64,000 bases of DNA from the NCBI GenBank assembly GCA_029953675.1, contig JAMWBK010000003.1, forward strand, positions 2,666,001 through 2,730,000, in the 5' to 3' direction. The stretch is from Rhodosorus marinus CCMP1338. Its lineage: Eukaryota > Plantae > Rhodophyta. Each line of letters starts with the position of its first letter. Within the stretch, counting starts at the first letter, position 1. Below, piece by piece: positions 48,408-60,033 of this stretch. The notes beneath the pieces are model-generated. The model was not told the DNA's origin. It saw only the letters and a program-made list of their open reading frames with translations, and made no database searches. The position numbers and the translations under genes are program-made.

Positions 48408-49076
48408 ATGGGATACGGAAAGCTTGAGGACATGTTTTTTGATGACATCCATGTCGGGGTGAAGGATACCCGTACTGAAGATGAACTCCTGTGGGGCCTG
48501 CAGGGTGACCTCAAGAGTGAATGGGACGGCGCGCTGGATGACGATAATTTCGGCGATGCTGTTGTTCCAACGATGGCCCAAGAGGCAGACGCTGCCGAGA
48601 AGATGGATGCCCTAGTGGATGCAGAGCAGTCTTTCAGCCCTATTTCGTCACTTGACTACTCTGCAGAGTTCCTCAACGCAAGTGAGACAACAGATCACGC
48701 CATGGAGGTCATGAAGCCCCTGGCGCCCAGCCTTCCGAAGGAGAAACCAATGTCACCTGTTACCCCTGCGCCGTCTCAGGCGGTACCACCTACTCCCGTG
48801 AAGCAAGAATTACTTGCAGAAGCGAAGCCAGAAATGCACCGGGCCTATTCAACACCAGCTCTGTGTAAGAACGATCTCGCAGTCACACCATGGAACAGAC
48901 AGGAGGCTCTTGAGAGATATCGCAGAAAGAAGGCCAACCGATGCTTCAAGAAGAAGATCCGCTACCAGTGCAGGAAGAGGATCGCGTCGGACCGACCGAG
49001 AGTCGGCGGACGTTTCGCTAGAATTGGCGAAAAGGTTGACAGTTGTATCTCTTTGGATACATGGGCGAGCAGCTAA
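48408..49076 (+). CDS. CCT-domain protein (CONSTANS/CO-like/TOC1 motif), no B-box or receiver domain seen
   Basis: C-terminal RQEALERYRRKKANRCFKKKIRYQCRKRIASDRPRVGGRFAR is a canonical CCT motif. Confidence 0.92.
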   Translation: MGYGKLEDMFFDDIHVGVKDTRTEDELLWGLQGDLKSEWDGALDDDNFGDAVVPTMAQEADAAEKMDALVDAEQSFSPISSLDYSAEFLNASETTDHAMEVMKPLAPSLPKEKPMSPVTPAPSQAVPPTPVKQELLAEAKPEMHRAYSTPALCKNDLAVTPWNRQEALERYRRKKANRCFKKKIRYQCRKRIASDRPRVGGRFARIGEKVDSCISLDTWASS

Positions 49077-49798
49077 ACAGCCTCGGAGTTCGATGGATTA
49101 TCTTAACATCACGTGGCCGCTAGCATTTGGCGAGTCTCCAAACATGCTCAGCGCGCTTGGACAACTTGCCTACCATCCGTTGAGCGGAGTATTTAAAGCG
49201 TTGGAAAACCCATGGGATCGATAGAGTGGTCGTAGGACGTTTCGCTTAATAATGAAACCAGGCGAAGATAGACCAACGTTCCTCCCTTGGGGAGACACGC
49301 AAGAAGCGATACTAACTGTCGGTCCAGTATAAACCGACGCGGAAAAGACACCCTCCTTCAGCCTCCAGCCTGTTTCTTGTGAGCCATGACGGGAGCAAAC
49401 AGCTCCTCGAGGATCACTTTCACTGAGGATGGAAGGTTGGAGGAGAAAGTATGGGGGTGGATTTAAATTCGTTCAAAAAAATATTTTAATAAAAGTTATT
49501 CTCATTCTAAATACTTGTGCCGTAACTCCGTCGTCAGAAAATTCTCGAAGCAAGGAGTAACACGAACTGAGAGAAAGATAATAGAAACTCTATGTGCAAA
49601 ATCAAAAGCTTTCCGTTGCAACCCCAAACGCGGCAGTCTATATACCGGCGGCATTTGCTTGCATTCTACAAGCAAACAGGGTGAAGATTCCCCCGCTGTG
49701 GAATGCGCTCTTCCAATGGCCGTGTTCCAGGGCGTTGTAGCAGAAAATGCTTTCAACAACTTCACAGACACGCACAAGCGCTCACTTCGATTCGGCAC

Positions 49799-50982
49799 CT
49801 ATACCAATACGATATCTTCATCTGTCCCAAACGCCGTACGAGCTTTGTGCAGGACAGTTCTTTCTACAAGGCAGTATGCTGATCACCGGAAGAGCCGCAA
49901 GAGAGCAGAGAGATACAGAGAAAGATGAGAAAACAGGTAGGTCCAAAAATAAACATTGGAAGACTTCAGTCGTTTGTATTCTGCTAATCGACCTTACATC
50001 GATTGCTTGAAGGATCCTTGATCACAAAGACTTCGGTCTGGGGGTCATACCCACAGATCACCACATAGTGACCAGAAAACTGCTTACAAGGAACAGATGA
50101 GGAGGATTCCTGTCGTGAACTGTCTGTCCTATCACACTCCAGACACCTAATGGTCGTCATCCAGGACACCGATCTCCTTAATTTTTCCAGTCCCTTCTGT
50201 GTGGGGGTGCATAGGCCCGGAATGATAAACACACACCTCAGGACGTGACAGTTCACAAGCACAATCGCCAGCATTTTGTTTTCTTCTATTTGAGCCTCCA
50301 GAACCTGTGCTCTCATGGATTGGTTATGAACCCTCACGCCGTGTCTCCTCGCCTCCCTAAATTTTCTCTCAACCTAAGTTTGCGGAGATAAGCAGCCAAC
50401 TCATTTTGTCAGAGCTGAAGGAATCCTGACATTTGCAACTAAGCAGTCCGTCTCGTGCTTTGTGCATCCTCTAACCCTCTCTCTGTCATCGTCAAGCACG
50501 CGGTTGTAAAAATCGAGAGCGACATAATCTGGGTGAATTCCAGTCGTTGTCGTCCAATACGAGACATCGAGCCCAAAGCTCTGGAGCACGTATGCCAGGT
50601 CAATACTCCATACGCTGCTGCTTTCAAGGCGTTCGGTGAGGTCTTTGTGTCCAATCTTAGTACCACAAGACATTTAGAAAGAAAGCAAGGATGAAGAAGG
50701 GGGGTCGATTTAGCTCAGCAGAAATTCTCAGCGTACACGTCTCCCGCGTTCTCCAGAGGACCCTCCTGAGCAAACTCTTAGTGTTTCCTTACGTACATTT
50801 GGCAGTTTTCTCCTCAACAGCATTGCTGCACAAGTCAAGCCGCAGTCCCAGTTATATATCTGCTTCATATGTGGGACAAGGTTTGAACACTTTCGTCCAA
50901 AAGCAATGATTCTTGCCCATCTCTGGTCTTCCTCACTTTCCGTTATATCTTCAAATTCCACATCATTCATTGTCCTCTCCAT
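49799..50982 (-). CDS. GUCD1: GUCD1-like protein (C39-like peptidase fold), 4 exons
   Basis: HMKQIYNWDCGL, SVWSIDLAYVL, GHYVVICGYD, KDPSS, and a last exon ARTAFGTDEDIVLV*. Confidence 0.88.
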
Positions 50983-51099
50983 TGAGATAAACAAACGAAC
51001 GCTCTCAGTCCCTTTCACTGGAAGCGCAAGGAAAAACAGATTCGAAGTAGTCCCTCTTCTTCATCTAGTTTTACAATTGGCATTGGCAGTCCCTGAAAC

Positions 51100-51620
51100 T
51101 TAGAAGCATTGGACTGACTCCAATTGAGGGAGATGGGACACAGCTTGTCTAAGGCTTGGCCTCAGATTCTAGAGAGACGAATTCGTTCGTTCACAAGACG
51201 CAAAAAAAGGATAGCCATGCAAGCTGAGCTTATGTTGATTCGGGTTCCGCTTCTTCATCGCAGTCCTCAGTTTGGACAGCTTCTTCAATGGCTCTAATTG
51301 CGAAGAACCGGCTTGAGCTAGGCACAGGGCTTCAGCATCTAGAGGAAGTCCTCATTCACAATAACACCACTGAAAACTATTATGAGGTCTATTGATCTGA
51401 CTTCTTCAACGCCTGCCCACTTCAGGCAAGTGCTCCAATGGCTATGTGGGAGATCAGGAATATGGGACACTGGGCTTCAACGGCTAGAGAGGAAGTTCTA
51501 ACCAGGTCTATTCCCTTGTAGCCATCCTGTGCTTCCAATCGTTGTCGCGATATCCGATATCTTTACGTTTAGCAGCACGACAACCAGGCAGTCTGCCTTT
51601 TTTGTACTGTCCTTCACCTC
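51100..51620 (-). pseudogene. Possible decayed leucine-rich-repeat relic with a degenerate ~145-150 nt duplication
   Basis: Two imperfect copies on + of caatggct...gggcttca..ctagag(a)ggaagt.ct (about 51286-51350 and 51436-51500). Minus-strand fragments SQLEPLKKLSKL, PLEHLPEV and LNVKISDI, broken by stops. Confidence 0.3.
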
Positions 51621-52380
51621 TCTTGAAAGTCAAGCCTTGCTTGGTTTCAAACGGAAGCTCTGGACGGAGCTAGCCCTCCGCGAGATTCTAGTCTTGTAAG
51701 GATTAACGAATCTGCCTCTGTCATGGAATCGGTGGCTTCACGTTCCACAAAACTAGCGAAAAGCTGCCTTTAAGAAGGGGCGTTCATCGGCCTCAACGAG
51801 TGCGAGCGGGTGATTGCGCCCAGTCTAACCGGAGATCGGAACGACCTCGCGCGGGAGGGGGGACGGGAGGGGAGGAAAGACGCAAAACCTACCTCGACAC
51901 ATATGAAATCTCTTCTCAGTTATATTATGCATCCAAGTCCATCTTTTGAATTCGTACCGACAAAGTTCCTGAGGTTTTAAGACGGCAGATGACCAAAAAA
52001 AAATCAATCTCCCCAAATGACAGGACAGAAACAGTCAAGCATTCGGGACGAGTTAGACCATTTCAGATAAAAACGGTGGCAGCTCTAGTCTGTATCATAG
52101 AGCTTCAACTCGGCCAGGAGTTGCTGCTTCTTCCTCGCCAGAAGACACAGCTATCCCAGTTCAGGAAGGATTCCAAACCCTGCGCGGGAAGAGAATTTGA
52201 TATAGAAAACTTTGCTTTCGCGGGGCTACAAGTTCCTCGGAGGTTGATGGAAGCAGCAGAAGTCGGAAGCGATCTGCTTTAAGACGGAGCCTTCAGTTTG
52301 AATTCTTCTAAATGGTCGTTTGTATATTGCGTTGAACGAAATATAGACGATTTCTGCATTCGTTTTTTCATCACCAAAAG

Positions 52381-53576
52381 ATGATGGGCTTTGTAGAAGG
52401 TTCAGTCTGCAACTGGCGGGTTTCGAGAAGACCAAAGTCGCGGGTCTGTGATCGAGTGCACGATGAGGACAGCCGCTCAACGAGGCGTGTTAAGCTGGTG
52501 CACTGGACGGATGTGCATTTCTTCGTTCCCGATGGCGTCAAGGTGCTTCCGGAGCGGAAGGAGTTATTGGGTCTGCTGAATCTGTATGTCATGGGGAGGG
52601 AGAAGGAGTTCAATCCTGAGAAGCTGGTTTCTAGACTGGTTGACGATGTGGCTGCTCTGAATCCAGATGTTGTCGTGTTCAGTGGTGATATGTCGGCCAT
52701 GGGTACATCCGTGGAGTTTGAGACCGCTTTGAGGGTTATAAAGCCCATGCTGGCAGCTTTCCCATCAGTGCTCATTGCCGGAAATCACGATCGATACACT
52801 CAGCAGGGCCGTGACAGGATGGAGACGTACTTTGGGCAGTGGATGGCCGGTGGAATCGCGGAGGGAGCATTGTGGAGCAATTTTGAGACTGCGGACGAAT
52901 CGTGGCCTGGATTGTTTAAGCTGCAGAATGGGTTGAGGATAATCACACTCGACCAGGCTAGACCCAGCGTTGCATCCAACGGAGCCCACTCTAGAGGTCA
53001 GATATCTCGCCTTCGTTCAACGCTCCAAAGGGAGGGCCCGCAGAATTGTATAATCGTTGGCCATTACCCGATTCTTGATCCCTGGCTTAGTTCAGGACGC
53101 CAGCCGAGGAACGGTAGCGTTCCCCTTTACGATCGACTGGGGCGAAGTCTAAAGGATGTCAACGAGCTTCATGCCGCCCTTCTAGCTCATCCTCCGCTTG
53201 CGTACCTTTGTGGTCATCATCACGCTCAGTCAATCGTCAGATCTTCACAGGGAAATAGTGATCGTTCATTACTCCAAATTTGCTGCGGAAGCTCTGCGTA
53301 CGTCGGCCACAAAGACAAAAACTGGGCAGGGTTTTATGAGATTGATCTCGAGCCTTCTTCTGGGGGCTTTGAAATTGCGGATATCCATAGACATGTAAGG
53401 TCCACCTCCGTCACACTACTTGCTCAGTTGAGAAAGCCTCAGGCGATAGGGCTTCTAACGTAAAACACTCATGTGCGCAGGTGTGGAGCAACCAGACGCA
53501 GAGATTCCTCAGACAAACCAGCTCTGAGGCTGACTTGCACTCAGTACTGACAATTGCTCCTGAAACTCAGGGCTGA
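52381..53576 (+). CDS. Calcineurin-like metallophosphoesterase (CpdA/Icc-like), plastid-transit-like N-terminus, 2 exons
   Basis: Metal motifs TDVH, SGD, GNHD, GH and CGHHH. Intron 53395-53480. N-terminus MMGFVEGSVCNWRVSRRPKSR. Confidence 0.9.
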
Positions 53577-55480
53577 GCATTACTACTGGCAGAGGACTGC
53601 CCCCAACGGTACAACTTGGACGGAAGAGAAGTCTAGGAGCCGCGTTTTCAGAAGAGACAACAAGCTCAACTCTTCTTCTGTTCGCCAAGCCTCATCAAGC
53701 GCGGAAGCGCTTAGTTCCCTGCTCCCCGACGTCAGGAGTAAGCCATTTGAGCAAGGCAATTGCGAAAAGACAAAACGATCTAAAAAATATTATTCATTTT
53801 TATAAGATTGAAAATATCAAATAAATAGTAGATAAACGACACCACTTCTGAAAACATTATTTATTCGAAAGATTTTATATTAATTAGAAAATATAATTGA
53901 TTTGTTATAGTGATTTAAATGTTTGCTATATTTGAAAATATATGTGAAATATTGGCTTGTGTATCAAAGCGGCAGATTTTATTGCTATTCTTTATGTGGG
54001 TGGTAATATGATACTGAACAAATCGAGGGCACGATCTATTCGGATTACGAGGCTATGAGCGCCGGTGGGAGCGAAGCTCAAGAGAGCATAGCAGCATAAA
54101 TCTGTAAGAGCAAATATGCTCTGTTCTGATAAGCAAGGTGTGTAACACACTCCCGATAGGTTGAATCACTGCGCAGATCATTCCACAGCAGCTCCCGGTT
54201 TCCCTCGTATTCTCCTCGGTTTGCTAAGCTGGAGCCGGCAATGGCTTCACGCCGCAGCGTTCATGACACCCACAGAAACCCAGCGAATAAGCCGTCTCGT
54301 CTGCTTTGATGCGTTGTCTGGTGTCGGCTTGGGTCCTCATCGTCCGTACTCCCCGCCCGCACCATAACTGGCCGATTGTGTTTTTGCTAGCCCTTCGCAA
54401 GAAAGACATTGTCATCCGCGATAATACAATCTTCGGTTCAACTGTACACAAGAAATCTTGTGATCTCGTCTGCTTCCAGAAGTTTGCTACATCTGCCTGC
54501 CTAGGGAAACGTTGATGTATGCTTTCTTGGAATAGCTGCAGTAGAATTCAAAGCTTAAATGAATTCGTTCCAGTTCTTTCACAGTCTAACCAACGATCTC
54601 AGTCTCTGCATGGGTGGAGAAATCTTAAACCGTTCAACAAGCTCACCAATCCGACCTTCCATGCGATTATCCATGTCCGGATACTTGTCTACGTCTGGAA
54701 CGCATCGTCGCCTGGTTTCTCTTAGTATACCAACTTCTCAACCTTGCCGGACATGCTGCATTTCGCTTCGACAGAGTGAAGGGCATCGAAGAGAAGCCTG
54801 CTTCTAAAACAGTGCTCGAGGTTAGCGCGGAAAAATGCTCTTAGCATCGTGTCTGAAAAATGGCGATCAACCCCAGCGCGCGTGCAAATAGTTGAAGACG
54901 CCGCGCTTGGAGTCTAGCGCACAATCTTGTCAGTACGAAATCTAACGCTCGTTGGCAGCTTCAATGGATCGCTTTCACCGGACTTGAAAGGAAAGTTCGA
55001 AGGTCGAAGCGGATCCGTTTGCATGCTAACAGTGCTTTGGAGGTCCAGACAGATGATGACAACTCAGTGCCTAACTTAGGCCATTAAATCTGTGCTCGGT
55101 AAGAACGACTTAGGCCAGCCCGGCTCGTCCAAACTCCGACCTGCCCTAAGATAGCCTATTTTAAAGTAAACGTTCTAATAAAACCCAAATGTAGACTAAC
55201 AAATAGGCATTGTATTTCGTATCCTCAGATATATTTTAACAAAATAAGAAGATGCACACGGGGTCTTAATGAGTGGCATAAATTTGGTTCAAAAATGGAT
55301 GAGGCTGTGAAGCTGTTGAAGAGTTGTGCAGGTGTTCGGGAGTGGTTGTACTGCTGTCGTAGCTACAACGATCCTTGTATCCCGTCTGTGATTCTTATCT
55401 GTGGGTTGCGAAGACCATCGATGGAGCTTAGACGATCCTGAAACTCGCTTGATCGAATTTGCTCTTGTGGTGGTTCCGGT

Positions 55481-56836
55481 ATGTCGGAAGGATATAGAAC
55501 CGAGGAGAGCGACCTACTGAGAGTAACCGAATGGACGAGCCGAGAGATGCTTATGCCATGTCTGGATGGATCAAACCTGGTTCATGTTTCTCGAGCGATT
55601 GCTTCGGTCTGTGGAGTGCCTGATTTACTCTTTAAGCCTTTGGAATGCAGTCGTGACAAGGAATGTACGGAAGAGATTTCTCAGCTCATCGGTGATCCCA
55701 AACATCTGGTGCTCCTTCTCCTCGATGGCTTGGGAGTTAACGCCATGGAGTTGCATCTACCGCCGGATTCATTTCTTCGGCGACACGTTAAGAGGGAGAT
55801 AAGGTCAGTCTTCCCCGCTACAACCTCGGCGGCCGTGACGTCTGTGCTCTCTGGGAGGTACCCTAGCGATCATGGTCTCTTAGGCTGGACTATCCATGAA
55901 AAGGACGATCTGCTTGTTTACCCACTCCCGTTTGCAGTCGCACCTCACTATGACCCTGCAAAGGACCACGGGGTCAATAGCAAAGACTTCTACGCATCCC
56001 TTCGGCCTGGAACTATTGGTCTAGTCCCCAGAAGGAAGCGGGTCATTTCCGCCTACGCCAATAGTGACTTCACAATGGCACTCTGTAGCTCGCTTGAGCA
56101 AGTTCCAGCGCATTCTTTCGAAGAGTGTCTATCCAAGCTCGAGGAGTCATGGAGGATGGAAGGAACTAATCCGTCGTTTGCTTACGTCTATTACAACGAG
56201 CCCGATCGCCAGGAACATAAGTACGGCCACGAGGATGAGATAGTGAAAAAGACAATCATCTCAATCAACGATAAACTTGAAGACTTCTGGAGGCGAAATG
56301 AGGACATCAAGGACAAGAAAATCATCATCACAGCAGATCACGGTCACCTCGTGGTTTCCGCGGACAACAAGCTCATCATTGACCAGGAAGCCGATTCTGA
56401 GCTTCTCGAGTGCTTAAAGCACAGACCAACAGTAGAGCCACGTTCGCCATGTTTTCACGTCAAAACTGGATGCCGAGAAATCTTCGCCGAGAGATTCAGA
56501 AAAAGCCGGTTCGCCTCGAAGACCACTTCCAAGCCCACAGCCTGGTCTTGTCTTTTCAATTAACTTTCCCGCTGAATCCAGTCGCCATCCTGTGCCCACC
56601 CGACCGAAAATAGGTTCAGCTCCAGGTTCGCTCTACTATCAGCACAGGCAGCTGAGGATTCTGAACTGTTCGGACCGAAACCGCTGTCAAATAGGGCAAG
56701 ACAATCCTTGGGAGACTTCGTTGCCCTGACGACAGACCGTGTAGCACTCTTTCAAGACCACCCGGATGCCTTCGTTGGGTTTCATGGTGGTATGACTCCG
56801 TCCGAGATGAGGATACCATTGATCGTCCTCGATTAA
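55481..56836 (+). CDS. Alkaline phosphatase superfamily protein (type I phosphodiesterase/nucleotide pyrophosphatase-like), 2 exons
   Basis: LLLLDGLG, SVFPATTSAA (Thr nucleophile), YYNEPDRQEH, ITADHG, and C-terminal GFHGGMTPSEMRIPL after intron 56509-56613. Confidence 0.9.
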
Positions 56837-57023
56837 CAGATGGAGAAGTTGTGGCGGTACCACTTGCTTGATAAATCGGCAAATGCAATCACCACTCATC
56901 GGCCCAGAGGTCTTCCTGTCGCTCACCTCGCCCTGGCGCGTTTTGTCCACTGGATTTACAAAATTTTTATTCTTCGTATAAGTTCTTCATTTTCGTTTTC
57001 TTGTGTGTGTGCGGGTGTGTTTA

Positions 57024-58088
57024 CTACAGCTTGAGATCAAAGCTCAGCATACGCTCAGCAATGTTCAGCTGGGTCTTGGTTAGCTTCGCGAGGTAAACCA
57101 CCATGAGGAGATCTCTCATGGAGTCTCCGTACGCCTTTTCAAATAGTTCTACATCGATGGTAGGAACGCCAGCCAACGACTCGGTTAGGTACCTCCCTAC
57201 GCTGGCGTCGCCCTCTGTCTCACCGGAGATGACGGAGTCCACTTGCGTTCCGATAGATTTCAATAGCTCCAAAAGAGCCTCCAGACTTGCTTCCAAATTC
57301 TCAATCTAAGCGGACAATTGAAGAACAAAACAAATCGTGAGACGAGAAAACTATTGAAAAGCGGACTGAGAGCGGGTTCGAACCTCGTTCTCTTCTCTGG
57401 AAACCTCTTTTTCAACTCGCTCGGACTCGGGGAGTGGTTCGACAGTCCTCCTAAATAGGGCCTCCAGGCCAGTTTTGTCCGCCTTCGTTGCTTGTACGTG
57501 GACTGGTACGGTACGGAACTCGGAGCGCAGATCTTGAGCATCAATTTTGTATGCTGTTGAGATGAAGCATCTACGGAAAACGAGCGAGATGAGAGCATGA
57601 GCGAGGCTGGGGTTAGCTTGATTGCCGGTTCTGTGCAAATAGGAGCTGGTAGGCTTAAGGGCTCACTTCAACTGAGTCATGTCGGTGAAGAGCTCTGCGT
57701 CAATCAGTAGATGCACAGGATTCGCACAGGTTTGTCCATAGAACTCATGAATAAGTACAGAGTTCGCATCCGGCGCATCTCCAGTGGCATACCATCCAAC
57801 AACTTCCTCTCCAGGCTCCACGCTCTTCTGCAGCTCAAACATAGACTTGTGGTATACCACATCCACTCCAACCTCCCCTCCACTCTCAGAATGCGGAACC
57901 GGAAAAGAGGACACCACTTCCACAGAGTTCTCCCCGGTCACTCTGCCAAGCAGCGTCCCAATGACCCTCGTGCTACCCGCAGCTCTTCTCAAATAATGAT
58001 CCAGAACATTAAAAAGTACCATCGGAGACACCTGCACCTGTTTTACCCCATACTCTTGACCAGCCACAAACACGTCTAGAGACGTCAT
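57024..58088 (-). CDS. EIF3F: Eukaryotic translation initiation factor 3 subunit F (MPN domain), 3 exons
   Basis: VSPMVLFNVLDHYLRR...RVIGTLLG...SFPVPHSE...VVGWYATG and C-terminal DLLMVVYLAKLTKTQL. Confidence 0.93.
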
Positions 58089-58619
58089 CTTGCCCTCCAG
58101 AGAAACTTAAACAGCCTATTCCACGAGCCAAACAATCAGTCCCAAATCGCAATACTCCTAATCCACCCTCAGATCTCCCTCAACACCACTTCGACGATTA
58201 GCCAAACCCCCAGGGCTTTTCACGCATCCAACCACTCCAACAAAACTCAACAAAAAAAAAAGACAAGCCGCGTTTCACTGATTCAATATATACCTGTTTT
58301 TACACGAACCCATCAGCTCATAAGCTCTGAACCAGCCCCACTCCCCGCCTTCAACCAGTCCTCTAAATGTTCTCATTGAGAGTGGAAAAGCGGGCTTCCC
58401 ACACCATCATGTGCACATAAAATCGCCGTCGTCAACTACATAATCTTCTCCACGTGAGAAGTCTATTTCTAAGAGCTATTTCTTAATTTAAGAACAAACG
58501 CTCTTTAAATATGCCCTCATCTTCTGAATTATTTTCTATTATTTTTATTTATTGGTGACATAGCATAATCTAAACGCGTTTGGGTAGGCCCTGCCGAGTT
58601 CCGGAATGGGTTGAAGAGT

Positions 58620-59204
58620 ATTAGGGCTCAAGGGATGCTGTTCTGATGCTGGCTAGTTGAGCCTTTCCCTGTATCGGTATAGATAGTAGATACCTACCTG
58701 GGTTCGGTGTTCTGGATGATGGTGGTTTGCGGGAGGGCTACTTTCCCTTCCTGATCCCGGCCCCTCCTCTGTTGGTTCAGCTTGTACAATGGAGTTCCTG
58801 GTCATCACAGTTTCACGCAGAACGCTTGAAGGCGTTCTGCTGCCCGCGAAGGGAACCTCATCTATGGCTGACCCTGTAGGTACGTCAAGATTCTAGCAGC
58901 ATCGTAACATCGTGTCGACGATTCGGAAGACTCCGGTCTGAACGGATCGTCGCTCCCCGTCTACAGCGATCTGCATCGAACCAGACAATGCTGGCCTTAC
59001 CCCCACGGCTCACCGATACCGTTCTTGCAAACTCTGCTCCGCGTGCTTGCACTCGAAATAAAAAGCTAAAAAAATTTGGCTCAGTCTGACGAGCGCCTGC
59101 AGCGAGCAACCTAATCCGCGCTGAGTTTTGGCCTGCAAAAGTTCTTCCAAGGCGGACGGCAAGCGGATCTGTACTGTAGCAATTCTTGAAGACAATCATA
59201 GTCT
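58620..59204 (-). CDS. Spliced hypothetical ORF immediately downstream of SARAF, possibly part of the same gene
   Basis: Open frame ETMIVFKNCYST...VSRG is joined by a phase-1 intron (59000-58874) to GSAIDEVPFAGSRTPSS...EHRTQ. Confidence 0.5.
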
Positions 59205-59343
59205 CTGATGGAAACGACATTCAGGTATATCGTGTTTACTCAATTGTGGACGTGGACATGATACGCATGGTGCTCTAGGCTAGTGGAAAGCTGTTTGCAA
59301 CAATGCTTGGTTATCGGTTACCGACATCCGTGTATTGAGAGTT

Positions 59344-60033
59344 TCAGATCACGGGCACCGCAGCGCGCTGCCTTGAACCGGAAACGAATCTTCGAACGTT
59401 GAAAAGGCAGGCGATTGCCACGACCAAGCCCAAGGGCAGCAGAACTCGTGTCATGAAAAAGTGCTCCGAATTCCCTTTGTGGCGTTGTTCTCGTGAATCG
59501 ACTGTAGTCATACCTCCAGCTGATCGTCCCTGTCCGAACTCTAGCTTGTACTCGAGGTAGCAACTGTCCCTTACAATGAATTTGTCAGTGGGCCCCGAGA
59601 ATCCTTCGCAATGAACGACTATATAGTCGATATATACATTTTTGTCCATGAGAGCTTCACATTCCCACTGAATGTCCCGTCCAGAACTTGGCCTCCCACG
59701 GTTTACACATCTTTCCATGCAAAAGTAAAATCACGAAGACTTCAGGATCCAAAGCAGTACATTGAAAGCCCGGCGCGGGGGCGATTTCATGTCATACCTC
59801 ACAAGGTGGGGGTGCTCGCCTCCCTTCTCGGCGCTCCCTCCAACGCACTCCAATTGCGGCCGTGGTCGCTCACGCCTACCTTTCGTGTACAATCCTTCTG
59901 CGAATGATAGCGCGGAGATACTATCTATCAAGACCCTCTGTGGGTCATCCGCCCGGCACAGTGAAGATACGGTGAGGATGCACAAAAGCAGCATCCATGT
60001 TCTACAAACCCACTTCATCTGCAGCCGCTCCAC
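59344..60033 (-). CDS. SARAF: SARAF/TMEM66 homolog (signal peptide, Cys-rich luminal domain, one TM helix), 2 exons
   Basis: ISALSFAEGLYTKGRR...PQLECVGG, DIQWECEA, VHCEGFSGPTD, SCYLEYKL, then the hydrophobic VLLPLGLVVAIACLF. Confidence 0.88.

Noticed and set aside
56500-56620. Apparent frameshift truncating the phosphodiesterase
   Set aside because: Explained by a canonical intron 56509-56613 that joins the conserved C-terminus in phase.
57370-57395. ggttcgaacc resembling a tRNA T-loop
   Set aside because: No cloverleaf arms around it, and it lies inside the eIF3f gene.
58685-58705. atacctacctgg resembling the U1 snRNA 5' end
   Set aside because: It is the reverse complement of a splice donor, and no U1 structure follows.
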